NCBI GenBank assembly: GCA_030248215.1
Contig: JASANG010003765.1
Span: forward strand, 248,001-312,000
DNA: 64,000 bases
Direction of reading: 5' to 3'
Source of the DNA: Enoplolaimus lenunculus
Lineage: Eukaryota
Part shown: positions 52,150-61,796 of the stretch, in pieces
How positions within the stretch are numbered: the first letter of the stretch is position 1
How the letters are laid out: the number at the start of each line of letters is the position of its first letter
The notes under the pieces: model-generated
What the model saw: only the letters and a program-made list of their open reading frames with translations
What the model was told of the DNA's origin: nothing
Database searches by the model: none
Translations under genes and position numbers: made by a program

Positions 52150-52220
52150 TTTTATGCTAAGATTCGAACTCCAGTGACTGGAGTGGGAGGCGTATACCAC
52201 CACCACTCAGCTACAGGAGC
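52150..52220 (-). mobile_element. tRNA-derived SINE-like head with Pol III A/B boxes
   Basis: On minus: GCTCCTG-TAGCTGAGTGG (A box) ... GAGTTCGAATC (B box). No full cloverleaf. Confidence 0.5.
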
Positions 52221-52439
52221 TTGACGCTCGAGCCCGAGGGGGCTCTCACGTCCTGTGGTGATTTAGTACAATGTATACGTGTTGCAATTGTTAAACACGG
52301 TGCGATATACATTATTTAACGTATATACACTGCGCTTCAACACAAAACAAATACTAAACCACAACCCCACAAAAAAAAAAAATCAAACAAACCAACCAAA
52401 AAAACCAACAAAAAAAACCAAAAAAACAAAAAAACAAAT

Positions 52440-53644
52440 TGTAGGTGGCTATGCCACACTTAAACCTATTTCAAACTAAAAACTAAAACTATAAAATAAA
52501 ACCCTATATCAAAACCACACCTTAAGGGAGTCCCTGGCTCCACCTAGTCTCTCTTAGAACTTAAGTTAGGCTTAGGCGTTGCTACAAGGCGTAAAAATTG
52601 GTAAAACTATGCTATGGCGGCTGTGTCCGCAATGTAAACTTACCTGGGGCCCTGCGTGGCCATTTAGTACTCGTTGAATATAGTTGCGTTTAGAGTTGGC
52701 TATATCTGCGACTAAGGACATAGCTAGGCTATGTCAGCACCAATATGGTGCTTTGTTCTTGTGTGTGTCTCGGGATTATTGTTGTTGTTGTTGCTAAAGG
52801 TACCGGATGTGTGGCTCTGGACCTCAACCGCATTGCGGACACCCAATTGTGGGTGTCGGCAAAAATGCAAATGAGGTCGAGATGCCGAAATGGGTAGCCA
52901 GGACCGGAATCATTATTATATTCTTGGCTGGTACGAAACGGTGTGCATTTAATTTTCTGTTCAATTTTGCGTACTTTAAGGTTTTATTGCGTTTTCGGTT
53001 GGAACGGTAGCGGACTTGGGTAAGTAAGATTGAACGGAATTAGTTTAAGTATAGTCACGGTGGCTTAAGTATGTGAAGGAAACTACGGCATTACGGTTTA
53101 ATCGGCGTTGCGCAGGGCGCAGAATTTACCCAGTATTGGATACTGGTGTTATGTGCTAAAAAGGAACTTGGGAATAAACCGGAGAACCTGGGAAAAGTAG
53201 TCTAATAAATCTAACGGGGTTAGATTTATTATTCTACAACGGCTGGGCCAAATCTAACGGGGTTAGATTGGTCGGAAATTTGGTGTAACTCTAACGGGGT
53301 TAGAGTACACGGTTTTACGGGGTGTAATTCTAACGGGGTTAGAATTGCACGGATTCTGGAAAACAGCAAAAGTATTGGGTACGGTAAAGCCAGTGGCTGG
53401 ATTAAACCAGATTCAGACGTCGGCTTTAAGGATTCCGGCTCGGGTTGCCAGTTAAATTGCATAACCTGTAATTTGCTGGTGTTAATATTGAATATTTGGT
53501 GTCATACGGGTTTCGGGTTGGGATTTATAATAAACATTTACCGGCCGCGTTTTACTAAATCAGAGCGATAAGCATACATCGAGATAAAGAACATAACAGG
53601 CGATACAGGATACCGGCTTAAGGCAAAATCACGAACTTCTCACA
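52440..53644 (+). repeat. 5' LTR (~1205 bp)
   Basis: Begins TG, ends CA, and is repeated at 60590-61793 and 61797-62973. TATAAAA near 52490 and AATAAA near 53529. Confidence 0.9.
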
Positions 53645-53658
53645 TGGTGACCACGACG
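53645..53658 (+). promoter_or_regulatory. Primer-binding site, tRNA-Trp-like
   Basis: TGGTGACCACGACG immediately follows the LTR. It matches 13/14 nt of the complement of the common animal tRNA-Trp 3' end (TGGTGACCCCGACG, recalled, not searched). Repeated at 62974. Confidence 0.7.
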
Positions 53659-53739
53659 GTCTCGATGCTGATTTAGTTGGTGGTCGGTGTGAAAGGAAAT
53701 AGTTGGAAAAAGGAGAAAGGAATTTCTGGGTGTAAAAGG

Positions 53740-55017
53740 AAAAGGCTGTTATTGGAAACACAGGATCTGAACGATCGTGTTGTGGAAAATAACAGGGAGT
53801 ACAGGCTGAAAAGGAAACTGGGCTGTGAGTATCTACTGCGCGAAAGGGCAACAGATACTGACATTACTGGATAGTACAGGCAAAAGGCTGTTATTGGAAA
53901 CACAGGATCTGAACGATCGTGTTGTGGAAAATAACAGGGAATACAGGCTGAAAAGGAAACTGGGCTGTGAGTATCTACTGCGCGAAAGGGCAACAGATAC
54001 TGACATTACTGGATAGTACAGGCAAAAGGCTGTTATTGGAAACACAGGATCTGAACGATCGTGTTGTGGAAAATAACAGGGAATACAGGCTGAAAAGGAA
54101 ACTGGGCTGTGAGTATCTACTGCGCGAAAGGGCAACAGATACTGACATTACTGGATAGTACAGGCAAAAGGCTGTTATTGGAAACACAGGATCTGAACGA
54201 TCGTGTTGTGGAAAATAACAGGGAGTACAGGCTGAAAAGGAAACTGGGCTGTGAGTATCTACTGCGCGAAAGGGCAACAGATACTGACATTACTGGATAG
54301 TACAGGCAAAAGGCTGTTATTGGAAACACAGGATCTGAACGATCGTGTTGTGGAAAATAACAGGGAGTACAGGCTGAAAAGGAAACTGGGCTGTGAGTAT
54401 CTACTGCGCGAAAGGGCAACAGATACTGACATTACTGGATAGTACAGGCAAAAGGCTGTTATTGGAAACACAGGATCTGAACGATCGTGTTGTGGAAAAT
54501 AACAGGGAGTACAGGCTGAAAAGGAAACTGGGCTGTGAGTATCTACTGCGCGAAAGGGCAACAGATACTGACATTACTGGATAGTACAGGCTAAAGGCTG
54601 TTATTGGAAACACAGGATCTGAACGATCGTGTTGTGGAAAATAACAAGGAGTACAGGCTGAAAAGGAAACTGGGCTGTGAGTATCTACTGCGCGAAAGGG
54701 CAACAGATACTGACATTACTGGATAGTACAGGCAAAAGGCTGTTATTGGAAACACAGGATCTGAACGATCGTGTTGTGGAAAATAACAGGGAGTACAGGC
54801 TGAAAAGGAAACTGGGCTGTGAGTATCTACTGCGCGAAAGGGCAACAGATACTGACATTACTGGATAATACAGGCTAAAGGCTGTTATTGGAAACACAGG
54901 ATCTGAACGATCGTGTTGTGGAAAATAACAAGGAGTACAGGCTGAAAAGGAAACTGGGCTGTGAGTATCTACTGCGCGAAAGGGCAACAGATACTGACAT
55001 TACTGGATAATACAGGC
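53740..55017 (+). repeat. Tandem array of nine near-identical 142-bp units in the retroelement leader
   Basis: The unit AAAAGGCTGTTATTGG...GGATAGTACAGGC starts at 53740, 53882, 54024 ... 54876. It is followed by a ~158-bp-period partial duplication to ~55236. Confidence 0.97.
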
Positions 55018-56046
55018 TGTGAATTAGTTCGACAGTTACACTTGAGGCTGTGCCGCAAGTACGTGGAACTGATTCAGGAGTTAACGGATTGAAATCAGGC
55101 TGAAAAGGAAATCGGGCTGTGAGTATCTACTGCGCGAAAGGGCAACAGATACTGACATTACTGGATAGTACAGGCTGTGAATTAGTTCGACAGTTATACT
55201 TGAGGCTGTGCCGCAAGTACGTGGAACTAGTTCAGGAACAGGCGAATTGGAAGTGAAAATTCTCGGGGTGAAGAGACGAAAATCGGAAAAAACGGTCAGA
55301 AACTAGTGAAATTGGCATACTTAGGAACTATTGTGTTCGTAAGTACCGGGTTAAAATTTGAAACGGAACGGCTACAGGCATCGGCAGTATTGGTCAAAAA
55401 CATCTGAAAAATTGTCAAAAATTCAGTTGTTTTTGGACCTGGTGAAGTGAAAAGGTGCGAGAAAGGCAAAAAGGATACGGCATTGAACTCAGGGCATATC
55501 AAGGACGGAAGTAAACCCTTAACACTTGCGCTATAAGGGTTTACGGAAATTTCGGTTGGCGTCGGCACGAGATCTAGGTACTTGTAACAAGTAGCTAGCT
55601 AACAAGGAGCAATCTCGGGTGAAAACCGGAGCTGAAAGTTGGCCTGACGCGAGATAGCGGCTGGCAAACGTGAATAAAAGTTGGAAAGGAGTTCAAGGAA
55701 CGATTCAGGAGTATTTTGCTTGGGGCTACGCCACAAGTTTTCAAATCGGGTGCCGTATTCAGCGAGTGAATAAGGCTGTGAAACGAAATCTCGGGAGTAG
55801 CTAAGTGAAAAGGTCGAAAAATCGTCGAAGGTGCTTGGGGCTGAAACATTTAGGAACTGTATAGTTCGTAAATACCCAGAGCACGTTCTTGGAAGAAATT
55901 TTGAACCGGGTAAAAAGTTTCGGGCCAAAAATTACGAAAAATTGGCCGGTCAGAAAAGTGGTGTTTTATATATATAAAACACAATAACACTGGTGTGGGA
56001 AATAGTTTACAGAGATTGGCTGAAAGTGCGATTTCGGAAAAGGAGA

Positions 56047-59000
56047 ATGCCGTTGTACAGGACCCCAACTACGGCGGTAGAACAGGAAGCGGTAGCAAGG
56101 GCTACGGCGCGTGAAAGCAGGGTGACAACACGAAGTATGTCACGCGAGCTTCAGGCAGAACCGGGTAAAGAAATCGAGGAGATTTCGTTACCGAGTACAA
56201 TGTGTCGTCAGGAATCACTTGAATCAGTATTCCAGACGAATGGGAATGGCATATCCGGGCAATCGACTATGATTGCGCGAGGAGCACAGGCGACGGAGAT
56301 AAGGGCGCCGGATCTAACGATGTTAGACGGGCAGCATACCGGAATGAGAGCGCAAGAGGATGCAGGCATACGGCAAGGGAGTCATAGACTCGCTTATGCA
56401 TCGGAGGGAAGCACAGGACATGGCGGTGTTGTAGATTCAGGCATGTCCTATCCTCGGATGACAGCGGAATATCAGAACGAGAGACAGGATCTGGAGGATT
56501 CGGGCGTATGTCGACCAGAACCGAGATACGCAATACCGAACCCGGCTATGATGGAAGGAAATAGTTCAGAAACAGGTATGAGATGGACTCAGGCATATAG
56601 CGGGACGGAACCGTCACGCAGGATAAATATGATTAGGCCGCATCCACAATTAGAAATGGATGGGCCGTTGGCAAACTGGTCGGTGGAACAACGCATGTCC
56701 ATGGGACATGGGTTACAGCGACAACAGGCTTCCACCCAGGTGCAAGGAATAGGAGCACGGAGCCAGGATAGTGTGAAGGCAGTGGAAGAAGATAGAGGTC
56801 GCAGTCCGGGGGTGCCTCAGGCACGCTCGAGGGCGACGTCTATTCAGGAATCAGAAGAGGAGGATGACGAAATCAAGGAATTGACTCGGGCATTCGAACG
56901 GGGTCTGAAGTCGAAACATAGTGAGAAGTTTCGAAAGTTGTGGAGTAAATTGGAAAGTGAAATGGGTCAGAGGCCGGAGTCAAGGCAGAGTCACAGATCA
57001 GGCAGAGTGAGTCGGATGTCGAATAAGGACGAAGTTAACCGGCAATCTGTGACAAAGGAGTACCGGGAAGCTACGCGAATGCATGGAGCAGGGGAACAAG
57101 CCTGCTCGATGTCGATGGGAAATCAGGAGATGCCGAAAGGAGGGGTGGCACCCCACCCTGTCCCTATGGGTTACCGACAGGCGAGTTATCCGGTGTTGAC
57201 CCAACCATTGGCGGGGAATGCATATCAGGCATTTCCGGCGCAACCAGGAGTGGCTCCGCAAGCGAACGCAAGTTGGCAAGAACCGGTCATGCAAACACCG
57301 AGGATGACGGGTTTTGCGGAGATGCCACAGTTACAGGCAATGGGGAATATGGCAAATCGGGTACCACAGCATATGGGGTACGCGAATCAGGGTGCACCAC
57401 AGATCGTGGTGAAAATGCCGCAGAAATTGCCGTTGCAAAATTTCGAAGGCAAGTCAGACTTTGGAATTTGGTACAGGAAATTTGAACGGGTGATGCAAAC
57501 GGCTAAAATTGTCGACAGCGAGTCCAAAATAAATCACTTCAGGAATCATGTGAAAGGACTGGCTGACCAATATTTGGATATTTTGGAAGAGCGGTATGGA
57601 CCATACGGCTCAGAGGAGTTCGGGCAATTAGTGCGCGAATTCCAGGAAAGGTTTGGAGAATCGACGGACCTGTCGAATAGAATGGCAGCGTTCCAGAGGA
57701 TCAGGCAAAAAGGGGACGTGAGCGAATACGCTGACGAGCTGCAGTCTTACTGGGTAAGATATTTGGAGAAACAGTTTGCGAATACGGAGGAAAGCAGGGA
57801 CTTGTTGTGTCAGACATTTGTGAACAACTCGTTCCCGGAAATGAAACAACGGCTGCAGCTGGGTATAGTAGAGTCGTTTGAGGAGTTGCGGCGCCGTGCC
57901 TTGAAGTTGCAGAGGCAACTTGAAGCTGACGGCACGTTGAACGTGAAGGAAAAAGGGAGTAAAATGGAGTTGAAGCAGGAACAGCAAACGGGTGCGTCGA
58001 ATGCACAACAGGCAAGGCAAAATACTGGCGCCGGGAATGCGCGGCGACAGCAGGCAGGACGTGCTCGTGTGAATAATCAGGAGCAAACGGAGGCACAGGG
58101 TTCAGGACAAGGTCAGCAGGTTGTATCTGACCAGGTGCCACGGGATTCAGAGCGAGTCAGGAAATTAAGGGAAGTCGGGTCGTGCTTCTTTTGTGAAGGA
58201 CAGGGACATATCGCACGAGAATGTCCAGTAAAGGCGAGTAGACAGGGTGCGAGCGGAGCCGCGGTGCAGCAGAATAATGCTGGCAACGCTGGAAACAGGC
58301 AAGGACAGGCACAAGGAGGGCAAGGAGGGAGATTCCCGCCTTGCGTTCATTGTAACAGGACGAATCACCCGTCGAATGAGTGTTTTCGGGCAAATCGCCT
58401 ACCGATACCGGGGTTGAACGCACCGTTACCCCCGATGACGTCGGCGAGCAGTAACCAGGTACAAGGCCCAGTGATATTACAGAGGCAAAAGGAAGTCCTG
58501 GGGCCGTGTATATCGTCACCTACGGCCGCAGCGCAGGATAGTGGGGCACCTAGTATACGGATACGGAAAATTCATGAGGATCCGTTGCCTTCGGTTATGA
58601 AGGTGGCGAAGTTACCTGTTATAGCTAATGTATGGACAGAGGCAGAGGAGCTGCGTTTGGAGGAAAACCGCACACAGCGGATCGCGTCGGTGAATGTAAC
58701 GGAGATGGAGGTTTCGCAAGTAGAACCTACATCGTCAGGGGAGGCTCAGAAGCGATCGAGTGTGCCAAGTCGGGGGGCGTCGACAGCGACGTCACCTGTA
58801 GAGATAACAGATGGAAAGAAAAAGAAATGGAAAAAGAAGGAAGGCGTAGTGGAGGTGAACTTGGATGGGTCAAGCGAGGAGGAACAAATGGATACGGAGA
58901 CGGTAGAGAAAGGAGCAGAGCGGATGGATATACCATCGGCAAGGCCAGGTGTGGACCAATTGTGCACACCAGAGGCAACCGGGAAAGGAAAAGGCGTAGG

Positions 59001-60159
59001 AAAAGGGAAACAGTTAGTGGGTAGCGGAAGCGCATCGGACGGCGCTTCGGTTACGACGATTAAAAAAGAATGGAAGGTGCTGGACCCGGAGGCGTATCAG
59101 GAGGGGAGGTACCCACGGATGCCGACGGATACTTCATCGGTCGTGGAAGGTTCACCCTTCCTAGCGCAGCCGTGCGTAACTCCTCCTCCCCCGCCGTTGC
59201 CGGAAGGAGCGGCTGGAGACCAGCGGCAGAGGGCTCACGAGCATGTGTCCGGTGCGGAACAGCTGGTGAGGCGGACTGAGGAAAAGGTAAAGGAGAAGGA
59301 AGCCGAGCGTCAGGTGATGATGGAAAAGTTGAATAAGGCATTGGAAGAGGTTATGACGCTCGTTGGGGAAAAGAGGCAGCTGGAGAACCAGGTGCAAGAG
59401 TTGGCTGAGGAAAACGACAGGCTGAAAAAGAGAGTTGCTGGAGATAGATGGGAAGAGTCACCGGAGCCGTCCGACGACAGGACGTCTGCGAGTCAAAAGG
59501 GAGCGTTGAAGAGACAGAGGTCTCTAACGCCAGGACAGGTGAGGTCGCAGTCGGAGTCAGAGGAAAAACCGAGCACGAGTCTGGGTCAGCCACCGGCACC
59601 GGGATATATCGCGGTGCGAGGGCCGGATGGAAAGTTGAAATGGAGGTTTGATAAGGACGCGAGGAAAAGGGCAATGGCCCAGAGGGCGCGCGTTAGTCCG
59701 AAGAGACCAACGGGCGGATATGTACGACCGGCCGCAGGGTCGGTGGTAAGTAGAATCGGACCAAGGCAGGCGAATCCGGTGTATAGTGCATCGGCTGTGC
59801 GATCACAGACAGCGCCTGGGTACCGAGGATCCGGAGCAGTAACGCAGAGGGTGGTTAGTAGTCCACCAGCTGGGTCGTCAGGGGTACGGCCACGAGTTCG
59901 GCAAGTGTCGGGCGAGCGGTACCCTGTACGAGTTGGCGGTCACGTGGGACAACCGCAAGTGGCACCTGGACGTGGCTATTATAATCAACAAGTGGAGAAC
60001 GTACGGCAGGCGATGCGAGAAAGCCGTCAAGTGGAACGACAGCGGCAGCAGCAACGGGCGTCGCGATCGGTGGCGCGCGATAACCAGTGGGTGACGCAGG
60101 AGGAATTGGACGCCTATTATGCGGACGTCCCTCGCGAACTGCGTCGAAGTCATTTTTAA
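56047..60159 (+). CDS. gag: Gag-like polyprotein, 1370 aa (capsid-like domain, two CCHC zinc knuckles, long low-complexity/coiled-coil tail)
   Basis: Uninterrupted ORF from ATG 56047. FEGKSDFGIWYRKFE...IRQKGDVSEYADEL (~57440-57900) resembles Ty3/gypsy capsid. Knuckles CFFCEGQGHIAREC (58183-58224) and CVHCNRTNHPSNEC (58342-58383) fit CX2CX4HX4C. Confidence 0.88.
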   Translation: MPLYRTPTTAVEQEAVARATARESRVTTRSMSRELQAEPGKEIEEISLPSTMCRQESLESVFQTNGNGISGQSTMIARGAQATEIRAPDLTMLDGQHTGMRAQEDAGIRQGSHRLAYASEGSTGHGGVVDSGMSYPRMTAEYQNERQDLEDSGVCRPEPRYAIPNPAMMEGNSSETGMRWTQAYSGTEPSRRINMIRPHPQLEMDGPLANWSVEQRMSMGHGLQRQQASTQVQGIGARSQDSVKAVEEDRGRSPGVPQARSRATSIQESEEEDDEIKELTRAFERGLKSKHSEKFRKLWSKLESEMGQRPESRQSHRSGRVSRMSNKDEVNRQSVTKEYREATRMHGAGEQACSMSMGNQEMPKGGVAPHPVPMGYRQASYPVLTQPLAGNAYQAFPAQPGVAPQANASWQEPVMQTPRMTGFAEMPQLQAMGNMANRVPQHMGYANQGAPQIVVKMPQKLPLQNFEGKSDFGIWYRKFERVMQTAKIVDSESKINHFRNHVKGLADQYLDILEERYGPYGSEEFGQLVREFQERFGESTDLSNRMAAFQRIRQKGDVSEYADELQSYWVRYLEKQFANTEESRDLLCQTFVNNSFPEMKQRLQLGIVESFEELRRRALKLQRQLEADGTLNVKEKGSKMELKQEQQTGASNAQQARQNTGAGNARRQQAGRARVNNQEQTEAQGSGQGQQVVSDQVPRDSERVRKLREVGSCFFCEGQGHIARECPVKASRQGASGAAVQQNNAGNAGNRQGQAQGGQGGRFPPCVHCNRTNHPSNECFRANRLPIPGLNAPLPPMTSASSNQVQGPVILQRQKEVLGPCISSPTAAAQDSGAPSIRIRKIHEDPLPSVMKVAKLPVIANVWTEAEELRLEENRTQRIASVNVTEMEVSQVEPTSSGEAQKRSSVPSRGASTATSPVEITDGKKKKWKKKEGVVEVNLDGSSEEEQMDTETVEKGAERMDIPSARPGVDQLCTPEATGKGKGVGKGKQLVGSGSASDGASVTTIKKEWKVLDPEAYQEGRYPRMPTDTSSVVEGSPFLAQPCVTPPPPPLPEGAAGDQRQRAHEHVSGAEQLVRRTEEKVKEKEAERQVMMEKLNKALEEVMTLVGEKRQLENQVQELAEENDRLKKRVAGDRWEESPEPSDDRTSASQKGALKRQRSLTPGQVRSQSESEEKPSTSLGQPPAPGYIAVRGPDGKLKWRFDKDARKRAMAQRARVSPKRPTGGYVRPAAGSVVSRIGPRQANPVYSASAVRSQTAPGYRGSGAVTQRVVSSPPAGSSGVRPRVRQVSGERYPVRVGGHVGQPQVAPGRGYYNQQVENVRQAMRESRQVERQRQQQRASRSVARDNQWVTQEELDAYYADVPRELRRSHF

Positions 60160-60579
60160 AGGACTGGTAACGAACTGTTGAATATTAAGCGGGGTGCTGG
60201 GGGTTGTACTGGTACGCCGGGTCGTTGGAACGGAATCTTGTGGAGTGACTCTATTTGGGCTGTTATGGGGTTGTTAATGTGGTAATGGTCGTCGGGGGTA
60301 ATGTTGAACGGGTGCTGGGGGTGCGCTGGTACGCGGTTTCGTTTGGTTTTTATTGGACGCATTGGCAATATTGTCGTGGGTCGGTGGATGGTTTGTTATT
60401 GTTACTTGGCAAAAGAACTGTAAAAGCAAATAAAAAATAAATAAAAGAAAGAAAATGAAAATAAAAAATTGTTGTTTGTTATTGTTAATTATTGTGGATT
60501 TACGCTTTTTAGCGACGGCAAAAAAGGCAGTAAATAGGGCCATAAAATTTTGTTCGATGCCAGGGTCGGCATCTGTGCC

Positions 60580-60589
60580 GAAGGGGGGA
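60580..60589 (+). promoter_or_regulatory. Polypurine tract
   Basis: GAAGGGGGGA directly precedes the TG of the 3' LTR. Confidence 0.85.
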
Positions 60590-61793
60590 TGTAGGTGGCT
60601 ATGCCACACTTAAACCTATTTCAAACTAAAAACTAAAACTATAAAATAAAACCCTATATCAAAACCACACCTTAAGGGAGTCCCTGGCTCCACCTAGTCT
60701 CTCTTAGAACTTAAGTTAGGCTTAGGCGTTGCTACAAGGCGTAGAAATTGGTAAAACTATGCTATGGCGGCTGTGTCCGCAATGTAACTTACCTGGGGCC
60801 CTGCGTGGCCATTTAGTACTCGTTGAATATAGTTGCATTTAGAGTTGGCTATATCTGCTACTAACGACATAGCTAGGCTATGTCAGCACCAAAATGGTGC
60901 TTTAGTATTGTGTGTCTCCGGCGTAATTGTTGTTGTTGTTGTGAAACCGGGTGTGTGGCTCTGGACCTCAACCGCATTGCGGACACCCAATTGTGGGTGT
61001 CGGCAAAAATGCAAATGAGGTCGAGATGCCGAAATGGGTAGCCAGGACCGGAATCATTCTTAATCTTGAGCTGGTACTGAACGGTTGCGTTTTATTTTTG
61101 GTGCTCTACACATATTCTTACTGGTTACGGTTGCATTAAGTTTTACGGTTGGATCGTGAGCGAGACTTGGGTAAGTAGGATTTAACGGATTTAAGTTAAG
61201 AATAGTCACGGAGGCGTGCAGTATGTGAAGGAATTACGGCGTTACGGATTTAATCGGCATTGCGCAAGGCGCAGAATTTACCCAGTATTGGATACTGGTG
61301 TCATGTGTTAAAGGAACTTGGGGTATTAAAGGAAACCTGGGAAAAAGTAGTCTAATAAATCTAACGGGGTTAGATTTATTATTCTACAACGGCTGGGCCA
61401 AATCTAACGGGGTTAGATTGGTCGGAAATTTGGTGTAACTCTAACGGGGTTGGAGTACACGGTTTTACGGGGTGTAATTCTAACGGGGTTAGAATTGCAC
61501 GGATTCTGGAAAACGGCAAAAGTATTGGGTACGGTAAAGCCAGTGGCTGGATTAAACCAGATTCAGACGTCGGCTTTAAGGATTCCGGCTCGGGTTGCCA
61601 GTTAAATTGCATAACCTGTAATTTGCTGGTATTGAATATTGAATATTTGGTGTCATACGGGTTTCGGGTTGGGATTTTTAATAAACATTTACCGGCCGCG
61701 TTTACTAAATCAGAGCGATAAGCATACATCGAGGAAAGAACATAACAGGCGATACAGGATACAGGCTTAAGGCAAAATCACGAACTTCTCACA
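60590..61793 (+). repeat. 3' LTR
   Basis: Direct repeat of 52440-53644 with TG...CA ends. Ends are near-identical and the central block is divergent. Confidence 0.9.
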
Positions 61794-61796
61794 AGA

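Larger units (their letters stand above)
52440..61793 (+). mobile_element. Non-autonomous, gag-only LTR retrotransposon (Ty3/gypsy-like Gag)
   Basis: Two ~1.2 kb direct repeats (TGTAGG...CTCACA), a PBS directly after the first, a PPT directly before the second, one long Gag-like ORF, and no protease/RT/RNase H/integrase coding space. Confidence 0.88.

Noticed and set aside
53800..53870. CTGAAAAG-GAAAC and CTGTGAG...GAAA as a hammerhead ribozyme core
   Set aside because: Neither has the full CUGAnGA core with a proper stem II. No hammerhead was seen in the truncated PLE either. An Infernal scan would be decisive.
53618..54987. Many identical 63-106 aa ORFs on both strands (also 62947-63374)
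   Set aside because: By-products of the 142-bp periodicity, mostly with non-ATG starts and no recognisable motifs.
53740..55017. Regular repeats as a CRISPR-like array
   Set aside because: The units are contiguous with no unique spacers, there are no cas genes, and the context is eukaryotic.
58537..58548. DSGA after the zinc knuckles as an aspartic protease active site
   Set aside because: It is preceded by AAAQ rather than hydrophobic residues and no downstream ILG-type motif was seen. At most a relic.
56267..60153. Numerous antisense and alternate-frame ORFs inside gag
   Set aside because: Expected shadows of a GC-richer long ORF. None shows RT, integrase or Env motifs.
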